64,000 nucleotides of DNA, from NCBI RefSeq assembly GCF_036365525.1, contig NC_090376.1, positions 138,024,986 through 138,088,985 of the forward strand, read 5' to 3'. Both the position numbers and the translations under genes were made by a program. Each line of letters begins with the position of its first letter. The stretch's first letter is position 1. Positions 1-12,135 of the stretch are shown piece by piece. This DNA is from Heterodontus francisci (lineage: Eukaryota). The notes under the pieces are model-generated. The model was not told the origin of the DNA. It was given only the letters and a program-made list of their open reading frames with translations, and did no database searches.

Positions 1-210
1 GTGGTGGGTGTCTGGAATTCACTCCAGGAATGGTGACAGAAACCCTCAATTCTTTTAAAAGGTACCTGGACATGCACCTGAAGTGCTGTAACCGGCAAGG
101 CTATGGACCAGGTATGGGAAGGTGGGATTAAATTGGGTGGGTAGTTTTTTTGGTTGGCATGGACATGATGGGCTGAATGGCCTCCTTTTGTGCTGTAATG
201 TTTCTATGGT
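1..210 (+). mobile_element. CR1-type LINE 3' end fragment
   Basis: Starts GTGGTGGGTGTCTGGAATTCACTC (VVGVWNSL, CR1 ORF2 C-terminus). Ends GATGGGCTGAATGGCCTCCT...TGTGCTGTAA, resembling the 3' UTR of the CR1 at 37900-37975. Confidence 0.8.
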
Positions 211-1139
211 GCTAAGAGCAGAGGAAATGGCATGATTTTGCAACGTTATATCTAAAACACTTGGTTGCAGTACTAAGGCTGATGGAAAGATCCACATCGT
301 CCCATCCCCCAGCATTGTACTGTAATCTCCTCGCTTTCACTGTCTGGATTGTGGTGCAGAGGTCATTCCGGCAGAAGCTGCATATTTAATACTTTTTCAC
401 ACACCAGTTTCTCACCGTCTGCATTAACCTGCTGTTAGAATCGATGCGTGAAGGGAAAACATTATTTTGATGAGTAATAAAAAGCTATTAATCCAAAGTG
501 GAAATACAATAGCCAGAGCAAAATTGTTTTTTTCAATATACAATTTAATTTTATCCCAGGTTCATTTGATTATCAGGAGGAATATTTGGTGTTTATTTGT
601 TGTCCTTCTTCCTTGCATCTCCCGCTAAACCAGACATTATTCCTGAACTGTGAGGACTGACTGGCAACCTGGTCCTTGGTCTGCTCTCAAAAGTGACTGC
701 AAGGTGCAAGGGTGACTTGTTCACTAATTGTCACTTTTTTTCCTGCAGCGAAGCATCTGTCTTCTCCTCATCTCTTTCCCTAATGACCCAGCTGAGATCA
801 CAAACTTACCAATTCAAAAATAATGTGTAAGTGCAAATGACTCATTTTCATACTCGTACCCAGTTTACAATGTTATATGTTCATTTATGTCTCAGTCAGA
901 AGTACCAGGCACTCTTCTCTAGAATTAGCACCCAGGGCATGGAGCAGTCACAAGGAAGGTGTTGCACAAATCTATAAATGCATCACCAGTCTTTACAAGC
1001 ACTCACACTTCGTTGCAAAACAGTAGAAAACCTTTCAGCATATAGTTCATGGAAATCAAGAGGAAGTACGTGAATGGAGCTGGAGAACTGAAAACATGGC
1101 AGTTATGGATACAAAATGCATTACTGTAGACATGTCGAC

Positions 1140-2990
1140 TGTGAAATTTGACTCAAGCTGGTGCCAGCGTTATGGAAGCTCATAACTTCAAAAATGAGGC
1201 CCACAAAGAACTTCCTGAATGTTAGAGCGCTAAGTGCAGGAATGCCATTCATTTGCACAAGGGATTCCCCCCACCCCCAATTAACGCTACTTAAAGGGCT
1301 TACCAGGGGACTTCCAGGTGAAGTGCTTTGATTTTCTTTTGCTGTTGCAGAGTGATTAGAAGTACTGTGTTGATTGTCATTGGAGGTGTTTGGCAAAAGG
1401 TTTTGGATTCACAAAGGAGTGGTTCTGTTCTTTGGCAGGAGATCAGAAGAGTTTGGAAGCCTGTCAGGAAAAGCCTACTTTCAGTAATGGGGGCTATAGT
1501 TGCAGTTCCTGTTAGACTGAAACATGACTTTGATGGAGCAGAGGCAACAGAGAAGAGAAGCTGAGCACAGAGGGAGAAGGAGGAAAACTCCAATAGAAGG
1601 CTGTACCTACCAAGAGTCTTCATAGAGCACTTTCCTAACTTTACCTCAGCCAGGAGCAGTGCCTGAGGTGGTTACGTTTCACCAAGGAGGTGGTGATTGA
1701 ACTGTACCATCTCCTACAACCAGACCTCCACCACACAGCAGGCTGAGGATGGCGCTGCCAGTGGCCATCAAGTTCACTGTTACCTTCAATTTCTGCACCA
1801 GTGGATACTTCCAGAAAGGAGCAGCGCCATTTCCAAATTTTCACAGTTTGCCGTGGATCGCTGCATCAAGGACGTGACAGAGTCCTGGTACAGAAGGAGA
1901 CGGGACTCCATCAACTGCTTTCCTACCAGGCAGAAGCAGGAAGAGTGTCAAATGGCTTTGCCAGGCTAGCGGGATTTCCATGGTGCAGGGAGTAATAGAC
2001 TGTGCTTGCATGTCTCTCCAAGCCCAACGTCTAAATGGGGAGAAGTACCACAACTGGGATACCACTCCATGAATGTGCTGTTTGTGTGTGACAATGCACA
2101 GAACAGCCTGTTGGTGAATGCCCACTATTCTTGCAGCTGCCACGACATTCATTCTTCCAGTCAGCCATACCCACCATATTTGAGCCAGCATGACAAACCA
2201 TAGGATAGCTACTTGGTGACAAGTGCTATCTGTGCTACATTGGCTCATGACTTCACTCTGCCCCCTAACCTCACATGGACAGTGGGCCTACAATGAGAGC
2301 CATTCTTCCAGCAGGAACGTCATGAGGGAAACCATCGGTGTCCTGAAAAAAGGTTCCGTTGCCTGCACCGCTCGGGGCATGGGGTGGGGTGCCTTGCAAT
2401 ACTCAATGGAGCCAGCTACTCATACTCTGGTTCCACCGAAATCATATCCACATACCACTATTATTTCACAATTCCTTACCTTTCCATCAATCTATTGTGG
2501 ACCATCACAGTGTCCTCTTGACCAAAATGCTGAAATAAAAGACACCACCAAAAATCAATTCCATGACAACTTTTGAACTATTCATCCTTGTGCATTCCCT
2601 TAGTGCCTGTCTTGCAGGTGTCTTTACCTGTTCTAGTGCTCCTGTGGCTGCAGAATAACTGGTGGAAGGCTGCTAACCTTCCCTGCGGGAGACTGCAGAT
2701 GGCCTTGCAAGACAACATCCAGTAGTCCTGGGCCTTGATGCCCCAGCTTTGGACTGTACCACCTTGGCACGGACATCAGCAGTCTGGGCTGGCTGGCTGA
2801 AAGGCTATAGGCTGAAAGGCTGAAAGGCACTGGTGGTGTGGCAGTGGTGGGACTATGAATGCTGTCGTCCCAAGAGAGGACAGCATGTTCCACTCCATGA
2901 AGCCACTAGCTCTCCCTTGGGGTGGTGTCTCAGCAATCCTAGTAATCTGTTGGAGCACAGATTGCTGGACTGCTGTGAGAACCTGCATCT
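1140..2990 (+). mobile_element. Decayed PIF/Harbinger DNA transposon (truncated on the right by a CR1)
   Basis: Contains the transposase pseudogene listed next. Boundaries are approximate and no clean TIR pair is seen. Confidence 0.65.
1600..2410 (+). pseudogene. Harbinger/HARBI1-family DDE transposase pseudogene
   Basis: Frameshifted motifs in the family order: EQCLRWLRFTKEVV, ALPVAIK, AGFP..VIDC.HV, GYHSMNVLFVCD, YSCSCHD, LLGDKCY, YNESHSSSRNVMRETIGVLKK, GALQYS. Confidence 0.85.
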
Positions 2991-3730
2991 ATGAATATAA
3001 AAACAGATTGTTGGAGATTTTACAAGTATATAAAAAGTAGGAGAGTAGCTAAAGTAAAAATTGGTCCCTTTGAGGCAGCAACAGGAGAAATTATCATGGG
3101 GTAGAGGAAATGGCAGAGACGTTGAACAAATATTTTGTGCCTGTCTTCACAGCAGAAGACACAAATTACATATGAGAAATAGAAGGTAATGAAGGGGCTA
3201 ATAATATTGAGGAACTTAAAGTAATTAATATCAGCAGAAATAAAGTATGAGGGAAACGTAATGAAGTAATAACCAAAAAATCCCCAGGACCTGCTGGCCT
3301 ACACCCTAGAGTCCTAAAAGGGGCAGCTACAGAGATCATGGATGCACTGGTTATGATTTTTATTAAAAATTCCCCAGATTCTAGAATGGTCCCAATGAAT
3401 TTGGAAGTTGTCAAATGTAACACCACTAATCAAGAAAGGAGGGAGAGAGAAAACAGGGAACTACAGGCCAGATAGCCTGATATTAATCATCAGAAAAATG
3501 CTGGAATCTATAATTAAGGGAGGCTTTTCAATGCACTTAGAAAATCACAGTATAATCAGACAGAATCAACAAGGTTTTATGAAAGAGAATTCATGTTTGA
3601 CAAATGTATTAGAGCTTTTTGAGCATGTCACCTTAGGGAGCCAGTAGATGTACTATACTTAGATTTCCAAAAGGCATTTGATAAGGTGCCACACAAAAGG
3701 CTATTACGCAAGGTAAAGGCTCATGGAGTT
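2990..3730 (+). mobile_element. CR1 LINE ORF2 internal fragment
   Basis: KSPGP, NVTPLIKKGGREKTGNYRP, QQGFMKENSCLTN, LDFQKAFDKVPHKRLLRKVKAHG. Confidence 0.9.
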
Positions 3731-4268
3731 GTCCACCATCTACAAGGCACAAGTCAGGACTGTGATGGAATACTGTTCATTGCCTGGATGAGTGCAGCTC
3801 CAACAATACTCAAGAAGCTCGACACCATTCAGGAGAAAGCAGCCGGCTTGATCGGCACCCCATCCACCACCATAAACATTTGCATCCTCCAGCACCAGTG
3901 CACATTGGCAGCAGTGTGTACCATATGCATGATGCTCTGCAGCAACTCACCATGCCTCCTTCGACAGCACATTCCAAATCCACGACCTCTACTATCTATA
4001 AGGACAAGGGCAGCAAGCACCACCACCTGCAAGTTCCCCTCCAAGCCACACACCATTCTAACTTGGAAATACATCGCCGTTCCTTCACTGTCGCTCAGTC
4101 AAAAACCAAGAACTCCCTTCCTAACAGCACTGTGGGTGTACCTACACTACATGGACAGCTGCAGTTCAAAAAGGTGGCTCACCACCACCTTCTCGAGGGC
4201 ATTTAGGGATGGGTAACAAATGCTGGCCTTGCCAGCAATGCTCACATCCCATGAAAGAATTTTTAAAA
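3731..4268 (+). mobile_element. 3' fragment of the second APE-RT LINE family (same family as 13096-16150)
   Basis: AWMSAAPTILKKLDTIQEKAA. The 3' tail ...CACATCCCATGAAAGAAT matches the larger copies. Confidence 0.9.
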
Positions 4269-4445
4269 TCCGATATCCCTTGATTCCCCTGGAGCCCAAA
4301 AATCTATTGATTTCAGTCTTGAACATAATCAATCATCCACAGCCTTCTTGGGTAGAGAATTCCAAAGATTCACAATTCTCTGTGAAAAAATTTGTCCTCA
4401 TCTCAATTCTAGACCCCTTAGCCTGAGATTATGACCTAGTTCTAA
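4269..4445 (-). mobile_element. CR1 LINE 3' coding fragment
   Basis: Minus strand encodes MFKTEINRFLGSRGIKGY, the typical CR1 ORF2 end. Confidence 0.75.
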
Positions 4446-5030
4446 TATATAAAAAATGTTCTATAATATACACAAAATATTGCTGGAGGGTGGGGCAATG
4501 AAAGGAACAGTATGAGATGGCGGTTGTTCACATACAATGTCTTCATCGTTGCAAATATTAACAGGAACAAATATTGACAGCTATAAATACTGCAATTACA
4601 TATCATTAGCCAGAAAAACTTTTTAAAAACACCAAATTCCAGAAATATTATGTATCTATCCTCACACTATTGTCACTATATGACTGTCCATCCAGGGAAA
4701 ACAGTCTCTCAGCATCTATAAATTCAAATATAAAAATTTCACATTTGTAGTAGATTGAAATTTCCACCAGTTGTTTATGTCAGCCTGTTGCCAATTTTCT
4801 GCTTCAAATTAGTTTAAAGCTAATCTATGGAGAGTGGGCCTATGACTTTGAAAGTACATATCTGAACCATTTATATTGGAATCCAATTTTTAAATAGGGC
4901 TAAAGATTACTGCAAAGCTGCAATGAGGTAGAATTTAGAACAGGGATCAAATGACAAATAGTTTGCTTTTTAGGTCTATTACACTGGACACCATAACAAT
5001 GACATTCCATTGTGTGATATTACCAGAGAG

Positions 5031-5161
5031 CAATGTACTCTCTATTTTTTTGAAGTGCGCGGCCAGTTTGTTTAAGTGTGCGGGAGCTTTAATTTCTTTG
5101 TGCGACTTAAGGGGGCCGTGCGGGAGCTTTCGGGTTGCTGCACAGCTTAGATGGAACATTG
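5031..5161. mobile_element. Short hAT-like MITE
   Basis: Imperfect TIRs CAATGTACTCTCTA ... TAGATGGAACATTG around a CpG-rich core. No intact 8-bp TSD. Confidence 0.55.
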
Positions 5162-5340
5162 CATATGGATATTAAACATTTTGTTAAAGTTTCTTGTTAT
5201 TCTAACCAAACTAAAGTAAATATATTGGCATAAAATTTCAGCAGTTGTTCTCCCAACCATCCCTCATAACTTTTGTGGTAGATCTGCAAAAAGAGGCCCA
5301 AAGAAGTAAGTTTTCAAAATTTATTTTTAGCTTTCTTTGA

Positions 5341-5740
5341 GGGGTATGGTAATGTAGCTAGTGGACTAGTAATTCAGAGACTGGGGCAATATAATTTAGA
5401 GAATGCGACTATAAATACGTAACAGTTTGAGACTTTAAAGTCAGTTTAAAGAATCTGTAAGTAAAAAACTGGCATCAATAAAAGTGACCGTGAAGCTGCT
5501 AGTTTGTTATACAAACTCAAATGGTTCACAAATGTCCATTAGGGAAGTACACCTGCCACCAATACCATGTCTGGCCTACATGTGACCTCAGTTCCACACC
5601 AACGTGGCTGAATCTTACCTACCCTCTGAAATGGCCTTGCAAGACACTCAATTGTATCAGCAGTTCAAGAAAAGGCCCCCCAGCAACTAGTAAATGCCTG
5701 CCTTGTCAACGACGCCCACATTCCAAGAATGATTAAAAAA
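5341..5740 (+). mobile_element. Non-autonomous SINE-like element made of the 5' and 3' ends of the second LINE family
   Basis: 5525-5658 aligns by eye to the reverse complement of 16018-16150. 5659-5740 aligns to the LINE 3' tail (reverse complement of ~13100-13200). Confidence 0.8.
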
Positions 5741-6986
5741 CGTACTGCATACTGCAGCCAGAGATTGAAGGGGTGAATACTAAGTTGAGTGCTTATCAAA
5801 TGAGCTGCCTTATCCTGGGTGGTATTGCACTTTTAATCTTATTGTGGCTGTACCCATTCAAGCGAGTCCTGTGTAGTCCATCACACTCTAGATTTGTACC
5901 TTGTGAGGGGTGGAGAGGTTTTTGGGCGTCGGGAATTGAACCACTTGATGGATAATAACCAGCCTCTGACCTGTACTAGTAGCCATGACACTACATTCCT
6001 TCCTTGGAATCTATATAGGCAGGTGATCTATGATCATTGCGAGGAGTTAAAGGAAGATTGGAAAGTCAGACAGCTCATAATTACATGGCAACAGTGGCAC
6101 TTAAGGTGACTGTAACACTGTTGGTTTACTTCAGACTCCTGTTGGTGACAATGTAAGTCAGTTAGTTTCCCTTGTCAAAGTATATTTAAGATAACTGGTG
6201 CATTGGTCAAATGAGCAGATAATGATTTATAACATACTCGTGGACTAGCAACTGTAGGAATATAAATCATATTTCCAGTTGTCATGCCATCAGCCATCAT
6301 GCCAGTACTATTTCCCTCTGAGGTAGTCTATCCAGTAACTGAAGCTCTTCTGCTTGCACTCAGGTGTATCACAGCACTAACACAGCTCTTATAGCCTATT
6401 GCAGCAAACTGAAGCAGCAAGAATGGCTTTTCTATTTGTACAACAGCTGACAAGCAATTTAAGGCTATAAGAATATATGGAGTGCGAATTTTGCTCATTG
6501 AACTGACTATCTCCAACAGACCCTGTCTAAATTATTTAATTTCCTGAGGGAAGTGAACTGGTAAACTTCCAAAAATTTGACAATAGACTTTTTTTCTTTA
6601 CCCATAAAAGCAACTGAAAAAAATTCCATGCTATCAGTACAACAACCTGAACCATATATATGCTAACAAACACAATCCCATGAGTACTGAAACCAAGGTG
6701 TTTCATGGAGTATTTCGTCAGCTATGAGGTAAATTCTATAATTTAGAGCCTCTGATGCAGTGATTCGCATGATGGGAGTGTGTATTGGGAACTTTATTTT
6801 GGAGGCCTATAAGTCCAACTTGGAACCCATTTAATTGTCTATCCATTAAAATGAATGAATTGTGCAGACCACAAATTAACTGATTGAACCTGAATTCCCA
6901 ATATGAGTTCCCATCAAACAAAGCTCTGCACTAGGAATGCTAAATTGTAAAACCTAACCCTTTGACTATACTAAATTTACTTAAAA

Positions 6987-7320
6987 GCACAGTGGTGCAG
7001 TGATTAGCACTGCAGCCTCCCAGCTCCAGCTAGCTGGGTTCAATTCTGGGTACTGCCTGTGTGGAGTTTTCAAGTTCTCCCTGTGACTGTGTGGGTTTTT
7101 GCCGGGTGCTCCGGTTTCCTCCCACAGCCAAAGACTTGCAGGTTGATAGGTAAATTGGCCATTATAAGTTGCCCCGAGTATAGGTAGGTGGTAGGGGAAT
7201 TGTGGGGATGTGGTAGGAATATGGGATTAATGTAGGATTAGTATAAATGGGTGGTTGATGGGCGGCACAGACTCAGTGGGCCGAAGGGCCTGTTTCAGTG
7301 CTGTATCTCTAAAATATAAA
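6987..7320 (+). mobile_element. tRNA-derived V-SINE (HE1-like)
   Basis: A-box AGTGGTGCAGTG, B-box GGTTCAATTC, V-domain CCGGGTGCTCCGGTTTCCTCCCACA. The 3' tail GGGCCGAAGGGCCTGTTTC is shared with the CR1 3' end at ~37933. Confidence 0.9.
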
Positions 7321-7929
7321 ATTATACCTTTGTTACACCTTTAATAAGCTACAGAAATAAATATTTAGACTATGTTTGTTGATGAAATAAGCAGTATTTG
7401 AGGCCAATGACTTTAATACTAAATCCATTCTGAAGGGGTTTTCAGACAGTCACCCCAGAGAAATATTACAGAACGTCTCCACCACATATTAAAAAGAATC
7501 AAAATGTCCTTTGTTTTGTGTCCTCATTTAATTAGAAGAATGGATGTCATTAAGCTATTACAAGTAATCCGTGACAGCAGATTTTAAGCAAATTATAACT
7601 TTCATTTGAACCCTAAAATTGGATTGTAACCTTCAAACTCTCTTATGCTTTTGCTAGTTGGAGTTTGTGGCCTACTTTCAGTTTGCTCTTTTTGCCAGTG
7701 ATAGCTGTCATTCAAGATGCTAACAGTCAACAGTCTCCATGTATAGAGTTTGACATTTGGGCCACAATTTCCAATCGCAATTGTGTTTTACTTCCAGGAA
7801 AAATAATTTGTCATGTCTTTGGGAACTGTGGAAAAGCTCATGTATTCGGGAATACTCTGGTACTTATTGAGCAGAGTCAAGGTTTTCTTGCTTGCTCGGG
7901 ATATTCAATTACATTTTTTCTATGCTTAA

Positions 7930-8350
7930 GCCTTAGCTCAGTGGTAGCATGCTTGCCTGAGTCAGAAGGTGTGCATTCATGTCCCACTCCACATAACTGA
8001 GCACATAATCTCGGCTGACACTTCAATTCTGCACGGAGGGTGTGGTGTCTTTCAGATGAGATGTTAAACTGAAGCTCCATCAGATCAATGTAAAAGATCC
8101 TGTGGCACTATTTGAACATCAGTAGGGGAGTTGGTTCCAGTGTCCAAAATTCATTACTGAACCATTCATCGCTAAAAAAAGATTGTCATTATCTTATTGC
8201 TGCTTGTGGGATCTTGCTGTATGCAGGTTGCCTGCTGTGTTTCCTATATTACAACAGTGATTACACTTCCGTAATACGTCAATGACTGGTAAGCATCATG
8301 GAACATCCTGAGGCCGTGAAAAGTGCAATATCAACTCAAGTTTTTCCTTT
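7930..8350 (+). mobile_element. Deu-domain SINE (SacSINE1/AmnSINE-like), diverged
   Basis: tRNA-like head TAGCTCAGTGGTAGC...GAGTCAGAAGGT and core GATGAGATGTTAAACTGA...GTAAAAGATCC. Colinear with 63437-63900. Confidence 0.8.
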
Positions 8351-9137
8351 TGTTTATGTTCAATCAGTAGTTACAGTTGACCCTATTGTAATTACTTATT
8401 ACTTAACAGTATTTAGCACATTCCCCCATACCTTATTTTTGATATGTTATATTTTTGGAACTTTTGACCATTTTCACACTGAATAATTTTGAACAAAAAA
8501 TATCTCTCTTTATTGTGTTTTCAAGTATAGTGTCTTAACACAACTTGAGTGAATGCTCTGAGTGGATAGATATTTAAGACGCTAATGAGTTAGATTTCAT
8601 GCTGTTTCCATATAAACCGTTCACAGGCCTTCCCTCTCCAGACTAAATTTCAGCACAGGCAAGACGGTGGCAGGGAACCCCCCAACTGTCACTATCTCAC
8701 TCGATTTTATTCCCTGCCCGCCTCCAAACACTCCGCGGGAAGAACATAAAATTCCACCCATTGTGTTGGCGTGAATTTTCGGCTTTGTGGTAATATTGCC
8801 AACTTGGAGTCAGAAAATGCAGGGTTCCAGCCCTGCTCCAGATAATCCCTTCAAGTGGAGACCTGAGCTCTGGCTCTAAATTTTGTGTTGACTTCCAGTT
8901 GGATACTCATGAGTGGGTGCCCGCTCACTCTCATTGTATAATTTGTGGTAGCGCATAAAACCCTCCTGCCATATATAACTAATCACTCTATCTGCTGGTA
9001 TAAATATGGCAATGGCCATGGAAGCAACATTCATGTTGTGGCTTGTCAGGCTATTGATCAGCTTGTAAATCTTTCCACTGCTTCACATTATTCTGCCAGG
9101 TAAAATTGTGAAGATATATAAACAGCAACCACGCAAT

Positions 9138-9736
9138 GGGCTGGATTATAAGAGCGGGCAGTGAGCTCAAAAAATGGCGGACTGCCCGTGCGGGCTGTAC
9201 GCCAAAGAGCCACCGCAATCTTAAGCATGGCGGCTCATTTAATTAGCCAGAGTAGCCCGCTCTGACCTTCCCCCCCAAAACTGCACAGAATTTAAGGTTG
9301 AACCCTTCCTACCATCCCCTACACGTGTATTTGACCCTATTCCACACCCCCCCCCCCCCCCACCCCCCACACCCTTGGACTGACAAACCTAGCTCCTTCC
9401 CCCTCCCCACCAGTTTGGTGTTGCGCTTCCCCTGACGGGTATCTGAAGACATGGGAGTGCTGGCCTGCATGCCGAAGATCGCAGCGGGCCCTCAAGATTG
9501 GAAGTAAGTGTATTTAAATGTATTAATTTTATTGATTTGCATATTTAAATTGCAGCCCCATTGTCCAGCGGCAGGGTTGCGCCATGGAGCTTACCCTCCG
9601 CCAGGAGGATGGGGCCGGGTCCTGTCGGCGTCGAGGTCCGTGGTGAGCCTCATAGGGAGCCATCTTCAGGCCCACCCCCACCCTCCCCCCCCCCAATCAC
9701 AGATCACAACATCGAGGGCTTGTTAAAATCCAGCCC
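9138..9736. mobile_element. Harbinger-type MITE
   Basis: TIRs GGGCTGGATTATAA / TTAAAATCCAGCCC, flanked by a 3-bp TSD AAT/AAT. Confidence 0.85.
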
Positions 9737-10824
9737 AATGTGTTGCAAAGTCTCTGATCCTTTATTGGCTGTGAAGAGAAATAAATAAAATACAGAGACA
9801 CAGTCAGTCAAGCCTATGAAATGGAAAGCTGTGAAATAATTAGGCCCAAGAAAGGCTGCAATAAGGTTATAATGTAAAAGCGAGAAGTTAGGAATTATTT
9901 TATTTTGTCAAACAGGTTGACCTACTCGTGTACGGAAGCATAGGTGTTCATTATACTGTATTATTATGCAAAGACAAGTCGTACTGATTGAAATAAATGA
10001 ATCCAATCACAGCTTCTGCTCTTAATGTTCATGCACTGTGAAATAAAGCAGGTTAATGAATCACATCGGGCTTCATCTCACCAACTGTTTGCTTGGACCA
10101 GCTTCGTAGATAATGAAGAAGCACATATGCAAAAGACTTTAATATCCATTTCAGATTACAATTGTTACACCTCGGATTATTCTTTGTATAGTTAGATATT
10201 GAGCAGTATGGGCATACACTGAAACTTAAGATGCTCATAACACTTACAGGAATAACTAGCACTGCTGTAACTAAAGCGTATATCTAAAGCAAGATTCGAA
10301 ACTTGTAAGAACCTTATTTGAAATTTATATGGGCGCTTTTCCATCAAAGAAGGAGGAAACAATCATATTAACCTTTTAATAACTCAAACTTTTTCACTTC
10401 AAGGTGAAAGGTACAGCTTGTACATCTTGACATATGTGCTTCTTACATTGAATTGTGGTCATTTCCAACTCTAAAGAACAAGAAAGTCATTTATATATTT
10501 GTAAATTTGCAGTGAACTTTTTAGAACCGCAGACTGTATATGTTATAACACTGAGAATTTAGCCATCTTTTGGAGGACTGCATTAAAATAATACTCAGGT
10601 ACAGTAAAAGTACTAGATTATAAGTTTATTTAACAGAGTAGAGGAAAACTAAATGTGTTCCAAGACTGCTCATAGAATCACCAGTAAATGTGAACCCCTC
10701 ACTTCACAGACCTTCAATAATTGAAGAAGTGTGTCAGTTTAAGATAATTAGAAAAGTGATAACATCTTACACTGTAATCCAAAACCATTAGTAGAACTTA
10801 AATAAAAAGATTCTTACATTAAAT

Positions 10825-11800
10825 CATAGAATGATATCATGGTGTAGCACAGGAGGAGGCAATTTAGCCCATCATGCCTGCACTGGTTCATTGAAAGAGC
10901 TATCCAATTAGTCCCACTCCTTTGCATTTTCCCCATAGCCATGCTTCAAATATTTTCCCATGCTTCAAATATTTATCCAATTCTCTTTCGAAAGTTATGG
11001 TTGAATCTGCTTTCACCGCCTTTTCAGGCAGTGCAATCCAATTAAATTAAATCTCTGCGCTGGGGTTAAAAACTCTTCTGCCACTAGAAACAGTTTCTCC
11101 TTATTTATTCTATCAAAACCGTTCAAGATCTTGAACACCTCTATCAAATTTGCCCTCAAACTTCTCTGCCCTAAGGATAACAACCCCAGCTTGTCTCTCT
11201 ACATAACTGATGTCCTGCATCCCTGGTGCCACTCTAGTAAATCTCTTTTGCACCCTCTCTAAGGTCTCGATATCTTTCATAAAATGTGGTGCCCAGAAGT
11301 GACACAATACCTAACCAGTGTTTTATAAAGTTTAGCATAACTTCCTTGCTTTTGTCTTCATAAAGCCAAAGATCGTATATGCCTTTTCGACAGCCTTTTC
11401 AACTTGTCCGAACACTTTCAAAGACTTGGGGATATGCACACCAAGTTGTCTCTGTTCCTGCACCTTCTTTAAAATTGCAACATTTGGATTATATTGCCTC
11501 TTCTTACTCTTCTGACCAAAATGAATCACTTCACACTTCTCTGCATTAAATGTATCGGCAATGTGTCTGACCATTTCATCTGTCTGTCTCTGCCGTCCTG
11601 AAGTCTGTTACTAACTTCCTGACTGTTAACTAAATTTCCGAGTTTTGCAACATCTGCAAACTTTGGAATTATGCCTTGTATACTCAAGGCTCAGTCATTA
11701 ATAAATATCAAAAAGAGAAGTTGTCCAATACTGAACCCTAGGGACACGATTGCACACTTACTTCCAGTCTGGTAAGCAACTATTCACCATTACTCTCCAG
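10825..11800 (-). mobile_element. 5'-truncated CR1 LINE (RT C-terminal half plus 3' UTR), decayed
   Basis: FNAEKCEVIHFG and FWAPHFMKDIETLERVQKRFTR on the minus strand. Confidence 0.9.
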
Positions 11801-11830
11801 TTCTGACAAAAGGTCCAGACCTGAAACATT

Positions 11831-12135
11831 GGGTTGAATTTTACTGGACCCTCAATGACGAGGACTGTGGCTGGGAGGGGAGGGGGCCCATAAAATACTT
11901 GGGGGAGCAGCCCACTATGACCCCCAACGCCAAGGAGGCCCCACTGCATTTTACCGCCAGCGACGAGGCTTCAGTGAGACCACCAGCACCCCCTCCCTGC
12001 CGCTCGGTGGCGGAGCCTTCATTTAAATATTAAAATTAATTTAAAACAAATGCTAATTAACTTACCTGTTCCCAACGGCTATCCCACGCCAATTTTACGG
12101 CCACCAGCTGCAACTTGTGTGCCTTCAGAACTCTG
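11831..12135. mobile_element. Truncated Harbinger-type MITE (left part)
   Basis: Begins GGGTTGAATTTTACTG and is colinear with 60740-61000. Confidence 0.7.

Noticed and set aside
6987-7060. tRNA genes at SINE heads (also 20097, 49940, 63437)
   Set aside because: The A/B boxes run directly into SINE bodies and no complete cloverleaf is evident.
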